Source: a virus
Taxonomy: Duplodnaviria; Caudoviricetes
Reading direction: 5' to 3' (one strand)
Length of the DNA stretch: 47,896 nt
IMG/VR virus record: IMGVR_UViG_3300030332_001503
Span: 1 to 47,896 of that record
Shown here: in pieces, positions 27,086-35,637 of the stretch
Layout: each line of letters opens with the position of its first letter
Position numbering within the stretch: the first letter of the stretch is position 1
Made by a program: the position numbers and the translations under genes
The notes under the pieces: model-generated
The model's database searches: none
The model's input: the letters and a program-made list of their open reading frames with translations, nothing else
What the model was told of the DNA's origin: nothing

Positions 27086-27605
27086 CGGGGCGATTGACCA
27101 CGACGGTGACGCCCTCCGGCGGCAGAGCAATCTGGTCCTTGAACGCCTGAACGTCGATGTGCTTGCCGATCAGCTCCAGCCGCTTCACGCGGTCGGACAG
27201 CTTGACCTTCACCACGACGCCGCAGGGCTCTTTCTCGCCATCGATGTATTCGTACTGCTGCTCAACGTCGATACCGGCCACCAAGCCCTTGCGCCAGATC
27301 TCCGGCCACTGGTGAATCGGCTTCAGCCCACCGTCCTCGTTGTACAGGTCGGCAAGGTCTGCATCCGCCTCAGCAGCCAAGCGATTGAGCAGCCAGTCCG
27401 CGTCCACCTTGGTGCGCTCAGACCGGGAAGCCTTGGCCTGGGCGATAGCTTCGGCTATCTGGGGTTTTCTAAGGTTCTCGTTCCCCACGGATGCTGCCGT
27501 TTTGGCGCTGTATCCCGCACGGATGGCCGCCTGTGTGGCGTTCAGGTCGCGCAGGTACTCTTCGACGAATGCCTGTTGCTTGTCGGTCAGCTTGGGATTC
27601 AGCAC
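27075..27605 (-). CDS. terS: Terminase small subunit
   Basis: LTDKQQAFVEEYLRDLNATQAAIRAGYSAKTA signature. Confidence 0.92.
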   Translation of the reverse strand: MLNPKLTDKQQAFVEEYLRDLNATQAAIRAGYSAKTAASVGNENLRKPQIAEAIAQAKASRSERTKVDADWLLNRLAAEADADLADLYNEDGGLKPIHQWPEIWRKGLVAGIDVEQQYEYIDGEKEPCGVVVKVKLSDRVKRLELIGKHIDVQAFKDQIALPPEGVTVVVNRPGGN

Positions 27606-27663
27606 CGCTGAGTCCTCCTATCCTGGGCCCCGCCCAGTTACTCGTTGCCGGGCACCGCCCGGG

Positions 27664-27831
27664 TTACTGTTGCACTACCTTGAATTTGATGCCCTTCTTC
27701 ACCCAATACCGCACCTTGTCGGGATCAGGCTCTAGGCCGGTCAGTTCACTCATGAGGCGAACGCCCAGGATGTAAAGCGGCAACCACCAGCGCAGGGAGA
27801 CACGGACCATAATCTGGCAGCGCGCCCTCAC
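27664..27831 (-). CDS. Small phage hypothetical protein
   Basis: Not in the ORF track. 55 aa with RWWLPLYILGV...TGLEPDPDKV; GTGA overlap. Confidence 0.55.
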   Translation of the reverse strand: MRARCQIMVRVSLRWWLPLYILGVRLMSELTGLEPDPDKVRYWVKKGIKFKVVQQ

Positions 27832-28046
27832 TGAGCGCTTTCCGGCGGCTCGCCGATCGACAGGTACTCGCCGTCAACGATCAAGGTCACCGTTACGGTC
27901 GACTCACTATCGACGCACTGGTCCAGCGAGAGGGCTTTTTGGCCCCGAACCACGACACCTTTGGCATCAACCAGCACAAGGGCTTTGCCGCCAAGTTCGG
28001 TCTGGCAATCACGTTCAGCCAGATAAAGCTTAACCGGGTTAGTCAT
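27828..28046 (-). CDS. Hypothetical protein
   Basis: 72 aa, coupled to neighbouring genes. Confidence 0.55.
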   Translation of the reverse strand: MTNPVKLYLAERDCQTELGGKALVLVDAKGVVVRGQKALSLDQCVDSESTVTVTLIVDGEYLSIGEPPESAQ

Positions 28047-28390
28047 TGCGTAGCCTCAGCTGGTGCGCTCTTCTCGATGATGATGGCGTCCATCTTGGGC
28101 ATGACGCCGGCCAGGGCGATCAGCAGGGTGGCGATGGTCACCAAGCCGCCCAGGATCCACACCGCCCCGCGCACAAACGAATTCATCTTGGCCAGGACCA
28201 CCTTCATCTGGGTGGTGTCCTGTCGGATCACGTTCAGGTCCTGGATGCTGGCCTCCAGGTTGCCCACCCGGTGAGGCAGGCGCTCGGAGTCCAGGGCGTT
28301 TACGCGGTGGCGGAGAGTGTGCACTTCCTGCTCCACTGCCCCGAGTCTCGGGGGGATGCTGTCCATGTCGTTGGGTGCCTCATGTGTCAT
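28043..28390 (-). CDS. Coiled-coil plus single-TM membrane protein (XhlA-like)
   Basis: RL.A.E heptads followed by one TM helix; lies in the lysis region. Confidence 0.6.
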   Translation of the reverse strand: MTHEAPNDMDSIPPRLGAVEQEVHTLRHRVNALDSERLPHRVGNLEASIQDLNVIRQDTTQMKVVLAKMNSFVRGAVWILGGLVTIATLLIALAGVMPKMDAIIIEKSAPAEATQ

Positions 28391-28501
28391 CCCGGGACGA
28401 TCTCCACCATTGCCGCGCAAGCCACGCAGCCACAAGCCAGAAAAGAAAAACGATAATCAGGGTCAGCGTCAGGGCGTACACCGTGGTGTACAGCCAGCGC
28501 T

Positions 28502-28993
28502 TCACCGGGTCGCCCTGCATTGCGTGCGGACGTACTCCTGTAGTGCCGTCAGTTGCTGGGTGACGGTTCCGATTCGCTCTCGGAGACGCCAATAATCCCG
28601 TTCAGCGGCGTCAGTAAGTCTGGGGCCTCCTGCATCGTCCACGCCGGCGGAGCCGGGGGCGGAGGGCACTCCGGGGCACTCTGCCTGGAGGCGCAGCCGG
28701 CGACGGCCAGCAGCGACATCATCAGAAAGGCGATCGATCTCAGCCTGCGCATTGCTCAGCTCCTCGGTATAGCGGGCGTCCAGGGCCTCGACCTCAGCCT
28801 GGCGCTCCAGGGTGCGAGCCTGGGCGGCCTTGATCTTCTGCGCGGCGCTTTCGGCCAGCTCCTGGCGGTATTGGGCGATGCCCTCGCCGATCCGCCAGCC
28901 GTTGACCAGCCATCCGCCGGCAAAAGCGGCACCCAGCGCCACCAGCAAGGCGAGCGCCGGCGCCAGTTTCTTCAGCAGGGGGAGCCAGCTCAT
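28502..28993 (-). CDS. Rz: i-spanin (Rz-like)
   Basis: N-terminal TM, coiled coil, RL..AAERDY..LR...LQEYVRTQC. Confidence 0.88.
   Translation of the reverse strand: MSWLPLLKKLAPALALLVALGAAFAGGWLVNGWRIGEGIAQYRQELAESAAQKIKAAQARTLERQAEVEALDARYTEELSNAQAEIDRLSDDVAAGRRRLRLQAECPGVPSAPGSAGVDDAGGPRLTDAAERDYWRLRERIGTVTQQLTALQEYVRTQCRATR
28549..28752 (-). CDS. Rz1: o-spanin lipoprotein (Rz1-like), embedded in Rz
   Basis: Lipobox VAGC and Pro-rich CPPPPAPPAWTM. Confidence 0.85.
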   Translation of the reverse strand: MRRLRSIAFLMMSLLAVAGCASRQSAPECPPPPAPPAWTMQEAPDLLTPLNGIIGVSESESEPSPSN

Positions 28994-29202
28994 TCCGGCT
29001 TATCCCGCTGCCATTGCCAGAACTTCACCACCAGGGGCGGCAAAGCGAACAGGGTTGCGAAAGCGGCAGCGGTGCCGGCCGGTATGTTCGGCGGGTCAAA
29101 GAACACCTTGATCACCACCAGGGTGGTCAGGGTCAGGCCCCACAGCGCCAGCAGGATCTTTGCCCAGCCGTTGCGCGCTATGAAATCCTGGAAGTCGCTC
29201 AT
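28990..29202 (-). CDS. Putative holin
   Basis: 70 aa with two TM helices, between endolysin and spanin. Confidence 0.65.
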   Translation of the reverse strand: MSDFQDFIARNGWAKILLALWGLTLTTLVVIKVFFDPPNIPAGTAAAFATLFALPPLVVKFWQWQRDKPE

Positions 29203-29606
29203 ACCAGCTCGAAATGCACCAGATCATCGAAGTTGTTGTCGTTGACCTGGGTGTCCATATCCCAGTCACCACCCCAGCGCAGGGCGCGAGACATGCGGCC
29301 CTCGGCCAGCAGACGCGCCGCCGTGCCCATCACGAAGCCGGCGAAGTAGTGAAAGCGCTCGCGGTCCTGCCAGTCGATGGGGTACGGTGCCGCGTCCACC
29401 CCCTCGCTGGGCTCGCTGTTGTGCCGGCTGTTCGGCCAGCGGACCTGGCTCTTGCCCTGATCCACCATGCGGTTCTGCGTCACGCGGTCGCGGTGGCCGG
29501 TGATGATGGTGCAGTCGAAGCCCTTCACGACCTCGTCCATCAGCACTTGCAGATCGGCATGGCAGGTCGCCAGACGCTGTTTGCTGCGCTCGCTGAATTG
29601 GGGCAT
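29199..29606 (-). CDS. Endolysin, M15 family peptidase
   Basis: FSERS..RL..CH.DL...GHR...Q...SRHN....VD...LRWGGDW...DLVHFEL zinc-peptidase motifs. Confidence 0.88.
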   Translation of the reverse strand: MPQFSERSKQRLATCHADLQVLMDEVVKGFDCTIITGHRDRVTQNRMVDQGKSQVRWPNSRHNSEPSEGVDAAPYPIDWQDRERFHYFAGFVMGTAARLLAEGRMSRALRWGGDWDMDTQVNDNNFDDLVHFELV

Positions 29607-29622
29607 GTCCAGGTCCAGGAAT

Positions 29623-29646
29623 AAAAAAGCCCGCTCAAGGCGGGCC
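29623..29646 (-). terminator. Late-leader terminator (tR'-like)
   Basis: GCCCGCC-ttga-GCGGGCTTTTTT on the minus strand; identical copy at about 18917..18942. Confidence 0.75.
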
Positions 29647-29797
29647 GAAGGGTTCACCGTTTGCCGGTGATTGGGGTCCAGAACGCAAAAAGCCCCAGCG
29701 CTGGGCTGAGGCTTAGAGGCAATTCTCGAATATGGCTCTTTTATACCCGTGGACTGCCGGGCAGTCAACACCCGGCCAGTGGATTTTTGGTCACTGG

Positions 29798-30193
29798 TCA
29801 GGCGGCCATGGATAGCATCGCGGCCACCATGTTGATGCCGATTTCCAGACGCTTCACGGCAGTGTCCCGGTTGACCTTCAAACGCCGGGCCAGCTCGCTC
29901 TTGCTGACGCACCGGTATTCGTCCGATGAATCGCCATAGTAGGTTTTGAGCGTCTGGAATACCGGCTGATTATTCACCCGGATGTGGTGCATGATGTGGG
30001 AGTCGAACGCCTCCAGGTCGCGATCTTCCCACGCCTGGACCGGGTAACCGCTATCGTCCACGATCTGACCCACCATGCGGTCGATCATGGGCCCCATCCA
30101 GCTTATCGCATCCTTGGGGCCCGGCCGCTGCCGGCGACTCCAGATACCCCATTGCTCCAGTGCGAATTCCGCTTCCGCGTTGATGTACGCCAT
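29798..30193 (-). CDS. Late antiterminator Q-like protein
   Basis: LEQWGIWSR N-terminus, C-terminal HTH, position before the lysis genes. Confidence 0.75.
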   Translation of the reverse strand: MAYINAEAEFALEQWGIWSRRQRPGPKDAISWMGPMIDRMVGQIVDDSGYPVQAWEDRDLEAFDSHIMHHIRVNNQPVFQTLKTYYGDSSDEYRCVSKSELARRLKVNRDTAVKRLEIGINMVAAMLSMAA

Positions 30194-30194
30194 A

Positions 30195-30407
30195 TCACCG
30201 CCCTCTCGCCTCGAAAATGCCCTGACAGTCCACGCAGCGGGTGATGCCGCCCAGTGCCCGCCGCCGTTCCGGTATTTCGTCGTCGCACTCCACGCAGTGC
30301 GTCTCGGATTCGATCTCGAACTGCTGACGCCGGGCCGCTATCGCTTCTTCGTGCGCTGCGTCCCGCTCCTCGATCAGCTCGCCTGCTCTGTCTGCGTTAT
30401 CAGCCAT
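30195..30407 (-). CDS. TraR/DksA C4-type zinc finger protein
   Basis: MAD.ADRA...CVECDDEIPERRRALGGITRCVDCQ. Confidence 0.88.
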   Translation of the reverse strand: MADNADRAGELIEERDAAHEEAIAARRQQFEIESETHCVECDDEIPERRRALGGITRCVDCQGIFEARGR

Positions 30408-30810
30408 TTGTCCTTCCCGCCTGCTCAATCAGAATCTTGATCGTCTCCACGGCATGGCCAGCCCGGACCATGTGCTGGGAGCACCGGTAAACGTTCCAGC
30501 CAAGGCGCATTGCCGCGTCGTACTTCTGCAGGTCGCCCTCGATGCCGGTGGCCGACTGGTGCCGGCCCAGGGCCATCTTCCCGCCCCGGGTGCGGCCGAA
30601 GTGGGTGATGCCCTCAACCTCCACGGCAACCTTGAGCGCCGGAAAGGCGAAGTCGAACCGCCAGTCCTTCAGGCCTGCTTCCGCCAGTCGCTTACGCAGG
30701 CCCTTTCCGGGGCCGCCGCAGGCATGGGCGCCAAACCGGTATTCCCGCTCCCAGCCTGTGATCTCATGGGCGCGCAGGTGCAGGGCGAGGGTTTCCTCCG
30801 CCGCGCTCAT
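30400..30810 (-). CDS. PD-(D/E)XK / Vsr-like endonuclease
   Basis: EYRF...WRFDFAFP..KVAVEVEG...D..KYD.A..LGW.VYR. Confidence 0.8.
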   Translation of the reverse strand: MSAAEETLALHLRAHEITGWEREYRFGAHACGGPGKGLRKRLAEAGLKDWRFDFAFPALKVAVEVEGITHFGRTRGGKMALGRHQSATGIEGDLQKYDAAMRLGWNVYRCSQHMVRAGHAVETIKILIEQAGRTNG

Positions 30811-31178
30811 CGGTGCCACCCCTCAATCGCGGCCAGCACCTCCGCCGAGCACGGCAGCTCGCCCTTCTGGCGCCGGTAGTGCGCCACCAGGCCGGCAAAG
30901 ATCAGTTTCTCCATTCCCCGCCGGCCGATGTCCCGGGGTGAGCCGTAATACTCGGTGACGAACTGGGCGGTGTTTTTGTCGATCGACGCCTCATGCCGGT
31001 GGTGGCGTGGGCACAGCGGAATGGTGAAGTCCTGACCGATCCACACCTTGCTGTGCTTGCCGGTGGACCCGACGCAGTGATGAATCTCCGCCGGCATGCC
31101 GCAACAGGCGCAGCCCTGGTCGCGGAGCCATTGGTGCCACCGGCGCTGGGCTGCTGTGGGTGCTTTGCCGCCTTGCAT
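30807..31178 (-). CDS. Ref/DUF968-like HNH-fold nin protein
   Basis: CACCG..AEIHH...TIPLCPRHH. Confidence 0.75.
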   Translation of the reverse strand: MQGGKAPTAAQRRWHQWLRDQGCACCGMPAEIHHCVGSTGKHSKVWIGQDFTIPLCPRHHRHEASIDKNTAQFVTEYYGSPRDIGRRGMEKLIFAGLVAHYRRQKGELPCSAEVLAAIEGWHR

Positions 31179-32260
31179 TAGGACACCTCCATCACGGCTT
31201 GGATGAACGCCGTGGCCGCCTCGGCATTGATCGCATTGCCATAACCGCGCAGTCGTCCCACTCGGGCGGGAGCGCCATCAACCAGCGGGGATGTGCCGGG
31301 TTCAACTGGCCGGAGCTTTCCATCCCGGCAGAGGAGCCAGTCAGCGTCTCGCCAGAAGCCGTTAGTCGGAGCGGGCCCAGTTCCCGCGCTTGCACCGGCA
31401 GGCCGTTGCGAATGTCCGGTGCCACTTGTCCGCGCTTCTCCGCGTCGTTGGCCCGCGGCGTCGCCCAACCGCACATAGCCGCCATCGACTTCAAGGCCAT
31501 CCCGCCCTGTCGTCCAGGGGGCACCTTTGCTCCGGTCCCATCGTTCGCTCTTGGGGTGGGCCATCCGGCTAGCAGCACCTTCCCGTCCAGATTTTCCAGG
31601 CCTCTCACTGTCTCCGGTTGTCCTTTGTGGTTGCTGGCTCCTGGTGTCGGCCATCCCCCCAGGGTCGCCACCGCCGACAACGGCTTCCCCCTCGCATGCG
31701 CCCATCGCTTCTCGTTGAATTCGTCGCTCGCCGACTCGCTCCGGTAGTCCCGCGCTGCTGGCGTTGGCCACCCAATACGCACGGTCTCGGATGTGCGGGG
31801 CACCGACGCCCGCAGACGGGAACGGGACACACCCGAAGGCGTAACCCAGGGCTTCCACGTCAGCTTGTACAAGGTCGAACCACGGCCCTGTAGATTTGCT
31901 CGCAACCTGCTCTCCAAGGACGACTGGAGGTGCGCACTGCTGGATGAGCCAGTGGAAGGCAGGCCATAGGTGCCGCTCGTCATCAAACCCGCCTCTTTTG
32001 CCTGCCGAGCTGAAAGGCTGGCATGGGCAGGAGCCGGTCCAGACTGGTGTATCGTCGGCAACTCCGGCGCGGCGAAGGGCATAGCTCCACACACCGATTC
32101 CGGCGAAGAAGTGGCACTGGGTGTATCCCACAAGGTCATCTGGTCGAACATCCTCAATGCTCCTTTCGTCAACGTCGCCAGGCGCAATCAGGCCGGCCGC
32201 TATCAGCTCGCGCAGCCACTGGGCGGCGAACGGGTCGATTTCGTTGTAGTAGGCGGTCAC
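31178..32260 (-). CDS. DNA cytosine-C5 methyltransferase, catalytic chain (360 aa)
   Basis: FFAGIG (I), GSCPCQPFS (IV), GEQV (VI), PHIRDRAYW (VIII), LRGYGNAI (X); no motif IX in this frame; GTGA overlap with ninB. Confidence 0.88.
   Translation of the reverse strand: MTAYYNEIDPFAAQWLRELIAAGLIAPGDVDERSIEDVRPDDLVGYTQCHFFAGIGVWSYALRRAGVADDTPVWTGSCPCQPFSSAGKRGGFDDERHLWPAFHWLIQQCAPPVVLGEQVASKSTGPWFDLVQADVEALGYAFGCVPFPSAGVGAPHIRDRAYWVANASSAGLPERVGERRIQREAMGACEGEAVVGGGDPGGMADTRSQQPQRTTGDSERPGKSGREGAASRMAHPKSERWDRSKGAPWTTGRDGLEVDGGYVRLGDAAGQRRGEARTSGTGHSQRPAGASAGTGPAPTNGFWRDADWLLCRDGKLRPVEPGTSPLVDGAPARVGRLRGYGNAINAEAATAFIQAVMEVS
31192..32151 (-). CDS. Nested +1-frame protein: putative second methyltransferase subunit (WPTP repeats plus motif IX), 319 aa
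   Basis: AAGGAG 8 nt before ATG 32151; four GW(P/A)TPxA repeats; [18 protein letters not shown] resembles motif IX. Confidence 0.75.
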   Translation of the reverse strand: MFDQMTLWDTPSATSSPESVCGAMPFAAPELPTIHQSGPAPAHASLSARQAKEAGLMTSGTYGLPSTGSSSSAHLQSSLESRLRANLQGRGSTLYKLTWKPWVTPSGVSRSRLRASVPRTSETVRIGWPTPAARDYRSESASDEFNEKRWAHARGKPLSAVATLGGWPTPGASNHKGQPETVRGLENLDGKVLLAGWPTPRANDGTGAKVPPGRQGGMALKSMAAMCGWATPRANDAEKRGQVAPDIRNGLPVQARELGPLRLTASGETLTGSSAGMESSGQLNPAHPRWLMALPPEWDDCAVMAMRSMPRRPRRSSKP

Positions 32261-32676
32261 GCGCACTCCCCCATTTCCCGCATGATCTGCTGGTATTCGC
32301 TGTCCTCGGGCTTGGGCAGCAGGCACCCGTGGTCAACGCACCAGTTGTCGATCTGCGTCATGTAGTCTGTCATTTCGCCCTTATCCAATTCGGTGGTGCT
32401 GCGCAGCTTGGTGATTTCGGTCTGGCCCACGGTCTTGGTTTCGTGGCCCAGGAATTTGTGGCGCATCAGGTCGTGGGCGTCGTCCTTGGTGAGCCGGTGG
32501 CCGCGCTCGGTGAAGTGGCTGGCCATGACGGTGAGCCACTGCCAGTACATGGCGTTTTGCGAAAGCGTGCGGCTGGCCTTTGTGATCTTGACCCGCACCG
32601 GGAAATCCCGGCGCAGCAACTCGCCCACCAAGTCGCCAAGCTGTTCTTTGGCGAACAGGGTTATCGTGTCAGCCAT
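32257..32676 (-). CDS. ninB: NinB/Orf family recombination protein
   Basis: RTLSQNAMYW...STTELDKGEM..Y...I motif. Confidence 0.8.
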   Translation of the reverse strand: MADTITLFAKEQLGDLVGELLRRDFPVRVKITKASRTLSQNAMYWQWLTVMASHFTERGHRLTKDDAHDLMRHKFLGHETKTVGQTEITKLRSTTELDKGEMTDYMTQIDNWCVDHGCLLPKPEDSEYQQIMREMGECA

Positions 32677-32830
32677 GCACCACCTCCAGAATCTCCATGC
32701 CATTCGCCCGGTGTTTCGCCACAACCGCCATACCCTCAGGCGTGTTTACGATGGCCTGGGGCCAGCCGGTCATTTCGGCTTGGAATTGGGCTTCTTCCAG
32801 GGCGGCTTCGGCGTCGGTGAATGGAGTCAT
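32669..32830 (-). CDS. Small phage hypothetical protein
   Basis: 53 aa FTDAEAALEEA...ILEVV; coupled overlaps. Confidence 0.6.
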   Translation of the reverse strand: MTPFTDAEAALEEAQFQAEMTGWPQAIVNTPEGMAVVAKHRANGMEILEVVHG

Positions 32831-33144
32831 GCCGCCTCCTCGCCAGCCGGCGCAGGCAGGGAAACCATATGCACGTTCCGCCCGGTAACCGGGCACGGCG
32901 TCAGCTCCTCGGACTCCACCAGCCGGCGGGCCGCAATCAGCGAGTTGGTGCGCGCGGCCACGGTGGACGTCTCCAGTCCGGTGAGCTGCGCGATCTGCCG
33001 GCGACTGACCCATCCGTCGGTGTGCTGGCCAGTTCGGATCAGCAGGGCCACTCCGGCAAGCACCTGCTTTTCCTGCCGGCCCAGGTCGGCGGTTTTGAGG
33101 GTGTCGTAGGCCATGAGGCTGGATTCGCGGACGGAGGTTTTCAT
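32827..33144 (-). CDS. Winged-HTH phage protein
   Basis: SRRQIAQLTGLETSTVAARTNSL...CPVTGR. Confidence 0.7.
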   Translation of the reverse strand: MKTSVRESSLMAYDTLKTADLGRQEKQVLAGVALLIRTGQHTDGWVSRRQIAQLTGLETSTVAARTNSLIAARRLVESEELTPCPVTGRNVHMVSLPAPAGEEAA

Positions 33145-33308
33145 TGCACGTCCTCCACTTGGCAGCTGATGGTCATGTTGCCGATACGCGAAGCCCCCAT
33201 GAGGCGGCAGTCTTTCTGCGTTGTGGCAATCGTCAGCAGGTAGCCAAAAAACATGCCGACCACAAACCCGAGAGCCACGAGCAGAACCCATCCGTTTTCG
33301 GTCTTCAT
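33141..33308 (-). CDS. Small membrane protein
   Basis: Not in the ORF track. 55 aa MKTENGWVLLVALGFVVGMFFGYLL...; GAGG SD; ATGA overlap. Confidence 0.55.
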   Translation of the reverse strand: MKTENGWVLLVALGFVVGMFFGYLLTIATTQKDCRLMGASRIGNMTISCQVEDVQ

Positions 33309-33959
33309 CTACGCCACCTCGCTCTTGCTGGTCAGTCGGCCCGCCACGCCATCCAGCGCGTCGGACAATCGGTTAATGCCGGGTTGTGCCTCGGCGCCCT
33401 GCTTCATCACCGCGAGGCACCGTTGCGGGCTGCCGATCAATCGCGGCTCCGGCACAAACTGGTCATGCTCCCCGGCGTTCGTCGCCTCGCTCATACCCAG
33501 CAGCTTCGACGGATGCCGCTCCGGCGGGCGGGAGATGTACGCCTGATAGCGTTTCTTGAACTCCAGGCCCTTGAACGGCAGATCGCGGTCGGTCACGTCG
33601 CACAGCTTGATCCAACCGCCCATTTCCTCGATGGCCGCCATGGTGCGCGGATCGTCGAACACCACGGATTCGTAGGGGCCAACGCGGCGGATGGCATCTT
33701 CGACCCTAGCCCAGGCCGACAGCGCCCGGGTATCGCCGTCGCCCTCGATGTGGCGCACGATGTCGGCAGGCTTGGGCACGAAGTCGCCGTGCTGGGTATC
33801 GTTGACGTGGGCGGTCAGGGCTTGCTTGATCGCGTCCAGGTCGAACCGCTTGAGTGCGTTAAACATCAGGTCCAGGGCGCCATCGGATGGCGGCTTGCCG
33901 TACACCTCGCAGACCTGGGTCCACAGCGTCACAAACTCGGGGTAGTCGTTCGCGTTCAT
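33309..33959 (-). CDS. Replication accessory protein (helicase loader-like, DUF6475-type)
   Basis: Follows the initiator gene; F.PKPADI and FDDP...GGW..L motifs. Confidence 0.7.
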   Translation of the reverse strand: MNANDYPEFVTLWTQVCEVYGKPPSDGALDLMFNALKRFDLDAIKQALTAHVNDTQHGDFVPKPADIVRHIEGDGDTRALSAWARVEDAIRRVGPYESVVFDDPRTMAAIEEMGGWIKLCDVTDRDLPFKGLEFKKRYQAYISRPPERHPSKLLGMSEATNAGEHDQFVPEPRLIGSPQRCLAVMKQGAEAQPGINRLSDALDGVAGRLTSKSEVA

Positions 33960-34750
33960 TGGATAATCCCTCGCTCTCTCGCCATGCGCTGGCCGCGTTC
34001 ATGGGGGGTTTCCTGGGGCGGTTTGCCGGTGCGCCCGCCGTCGAACTTCTTGGCATTGCGTAGCCAGGTGTTCAGGGCTGCGTGCCAATCCTTCATCGTC
34101 GAGCCCTTGGCCCGGTGGTAATCACGGAACTGCGGTAGCTGGTCATGGATACTCACGCCCTGCTCCGCCGCCACCTGCCGGTTGTTCTCGCTGGGCTCGA
34201 AATCTTCAGGGAGCTGGGTTGCTCGCTTGGGCTTGCGCTGCTTGCCAGCGCGAGGCGCCGAAGGCGCAATATCTTGTGACGGTCCCGGTGTTTGTAATGG
34301 TGATGGTGAAGGTGATGGTGACGGGCACTCCTCATGCATTGCCTGAGCATTGCTTGTGGCATGCTTGGAGCATTGCTCGTTGCTTTTCTCTTGCTTTGCT
34401 TGTTGCTCGGCGTCCTTCTCCCAGCGCGCTTGTGCTGCGGCTTTCGCCTTCTCGCTGGCCTTCTGCTTCTTGTCGCGGGCGGCATCCATCTCGCGCTCGA
34501 TGCGCTTGTGCTTCCACTCGCCGTTCTCGACCGTGAAGAAATGCTCAAGCACTGCTCGGTGCATGCTCCAAGCATCAGGCGGGAGCCGGGTAATCTGAGC
34601 CAGGATGGCGTCGTTGTCGGGGAGTGCGCCGTTCTTCCAGTAGTCCATGATGAGCAGCAGGTAGGCGCCGTGCTGCTCAGTAGTGAGCCTGGACGTTCCG
34701 GACATGTAGTCGCCGATGTATAGCGGCATCCAGAGGTCGACATCAGCCAT
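33956..34750 (-). CDS. Replication initiator (YdaU/DUF1376 family)
   Basis: WMPLYIGDY...LTTEQHGAYLLLIM.YW; SPSPSP linker; DW.AA..TW.RN C-terminus. Confidence 0.85.
   Translation of the reverse strand: MADVDLWMPLYIGDYMSGTSRLTTEQHGAYLLLIMDYWKNGALPDNDAILAQITRLPPDAWSMHRAVLEHFFTVENGEWKHKRIEREMDAARDKKQKASEKAKAAAQARWEKDAEQQAKQEKSNEQCSKHATSNAQAMHEECPSPSPSPSPLQTPGPSQDIAPSAPRAGKQRKPKRATQLPEDFEPSENNRQVAAEQGVSIHDQLPQFRDYHRAKGSTMKDWHAALNTWLRNAKKFDGGRTGKPPQETPHERGQRMARERGIIQ
34336..34405. repeat. Iteron-like repeats (probable phage ori)
   Basis: GCATTGC(T)-type repeats at 34336, 34347, 34359 and 34370 (11-12 bp period), followed by TTGCT repeats, inside the initiator gene. Confidence 0.65.
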
Positions 34751-34985
34751 TGCGCCGCTCCTCGGCGATGGCTACGGCGCCGTCTACCGCCTCAATGATC
34801 TTCCGCGCAACTTCGTATGCCTGCATCGTCGGCAAGCGGATGCATGCGTCCTCCTCTGGGCCTAGACCGGGCTGCACCAGAAAGAAGCCACTACCATCCT
34901 GGATCGCCTCAAGCCTGAATGGCTCGTACTCTGTAACCAGAGGAGAATTTTTAGCTGTCTGGAAATCTGTGTCTGCCTTTGCCAT
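34743..34985 (-). CDS. Hypothetical protein
   Basis: 80 aa from ATG 34985 with GGAG SD. Confidence 0.55.
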   Translation of the reverse strand: MAKADTDFQTAKNSPLVTEYEPFRLEAIQDGSGFFLVQPGLGPEEDACIRLPTMQAYEVARKIIEAVDGAVAIAEERRNG

Positions 34986-35046
34986 AATTAACTCCACGTT
35001 GTATCTAAAGCCCCGGTTCCGCCTGCAAGCGCCGGGGCTTTCTTGT

Positions 35047-35637
35047 TTAAGCTGATTGCGCCTCAAGCTGGGCCAGCCGCGCCCGAAGCTCCGCCATTTC
35101 CTGTTCCGGGCTGACTTGCCGCCGGTCGCCATCGGAAAAGAATCCGCCGCCAATCACGCGTGCCGCCCCTTGGTACGCGGCGGATGCCGACTCTTTGCTG
35201 TCAAACAGCCCCAAGAAGTACGTTCTCCCGTGATTCTTAATCGCTGCCCGGTATTGCGTTGTGCCGCCCGAGATTACGGCACTGACACCCTTAAATTTCG
35301 TGGTGTTGTCGGATCGCATTGCGCCGTTAAGGCTGTTCTGCCATTGCTCGCAGCCCCTGAGATTCCAGGCTCTGTTGTCAGACGGGTTGCCGTTGATGTG
35401 GTCAACGTAACCGCGCGGACCCTCCCCGTTTATCAGCGCAAATATGATGCGGTGAGCAAGGTATTTGCGGCCCCGATACACAACCTGCCGATAACCTCTA
35501 GAGCTGCCCCTTGTGTCTGCTCTTTGCCCGATCTGGCGCTGAGAAACCTTCACCTTCCAGCGCAGGGCTCCTGTTGAGGGGCAGTAGTCCACCAACTCAC
35601 GCCACATTGCTGCATCTATCGGTGTTGCGCTGCTCAT
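35047..35637 (-). CDS. HNH endonuclease with AP2-like domain
   Basis: YLAHRII...VDHINGNPSDNRAWNLR...N; KGV...YRAAI...YFLGLFDS.E.A..AY. Confidence 0.88.
   Translation of the reverse strand: MSSATPIDAAMWRELVDYCPSTGALRWKVKVSQRQIGQRADTRGSSRGYRQVVYRGRKYLAHRIIFALINGEGPRGYVDHINGNPSDNRAWNLRGCEQWQNSLNGAMRSDNTTKFKGVSAVISGGTTQYRAAIKNHGRTYFLGLFDSKESASAAYQGAARVIGGGFFSDGDRRQVSPEQEMAELRARLAQLEAQSA

Noticed and set aside
28502-28993. Rz1 embedded in Rz as a novel overlap
   Set aside because: This is the well-known lambdoid spanin arrangement.
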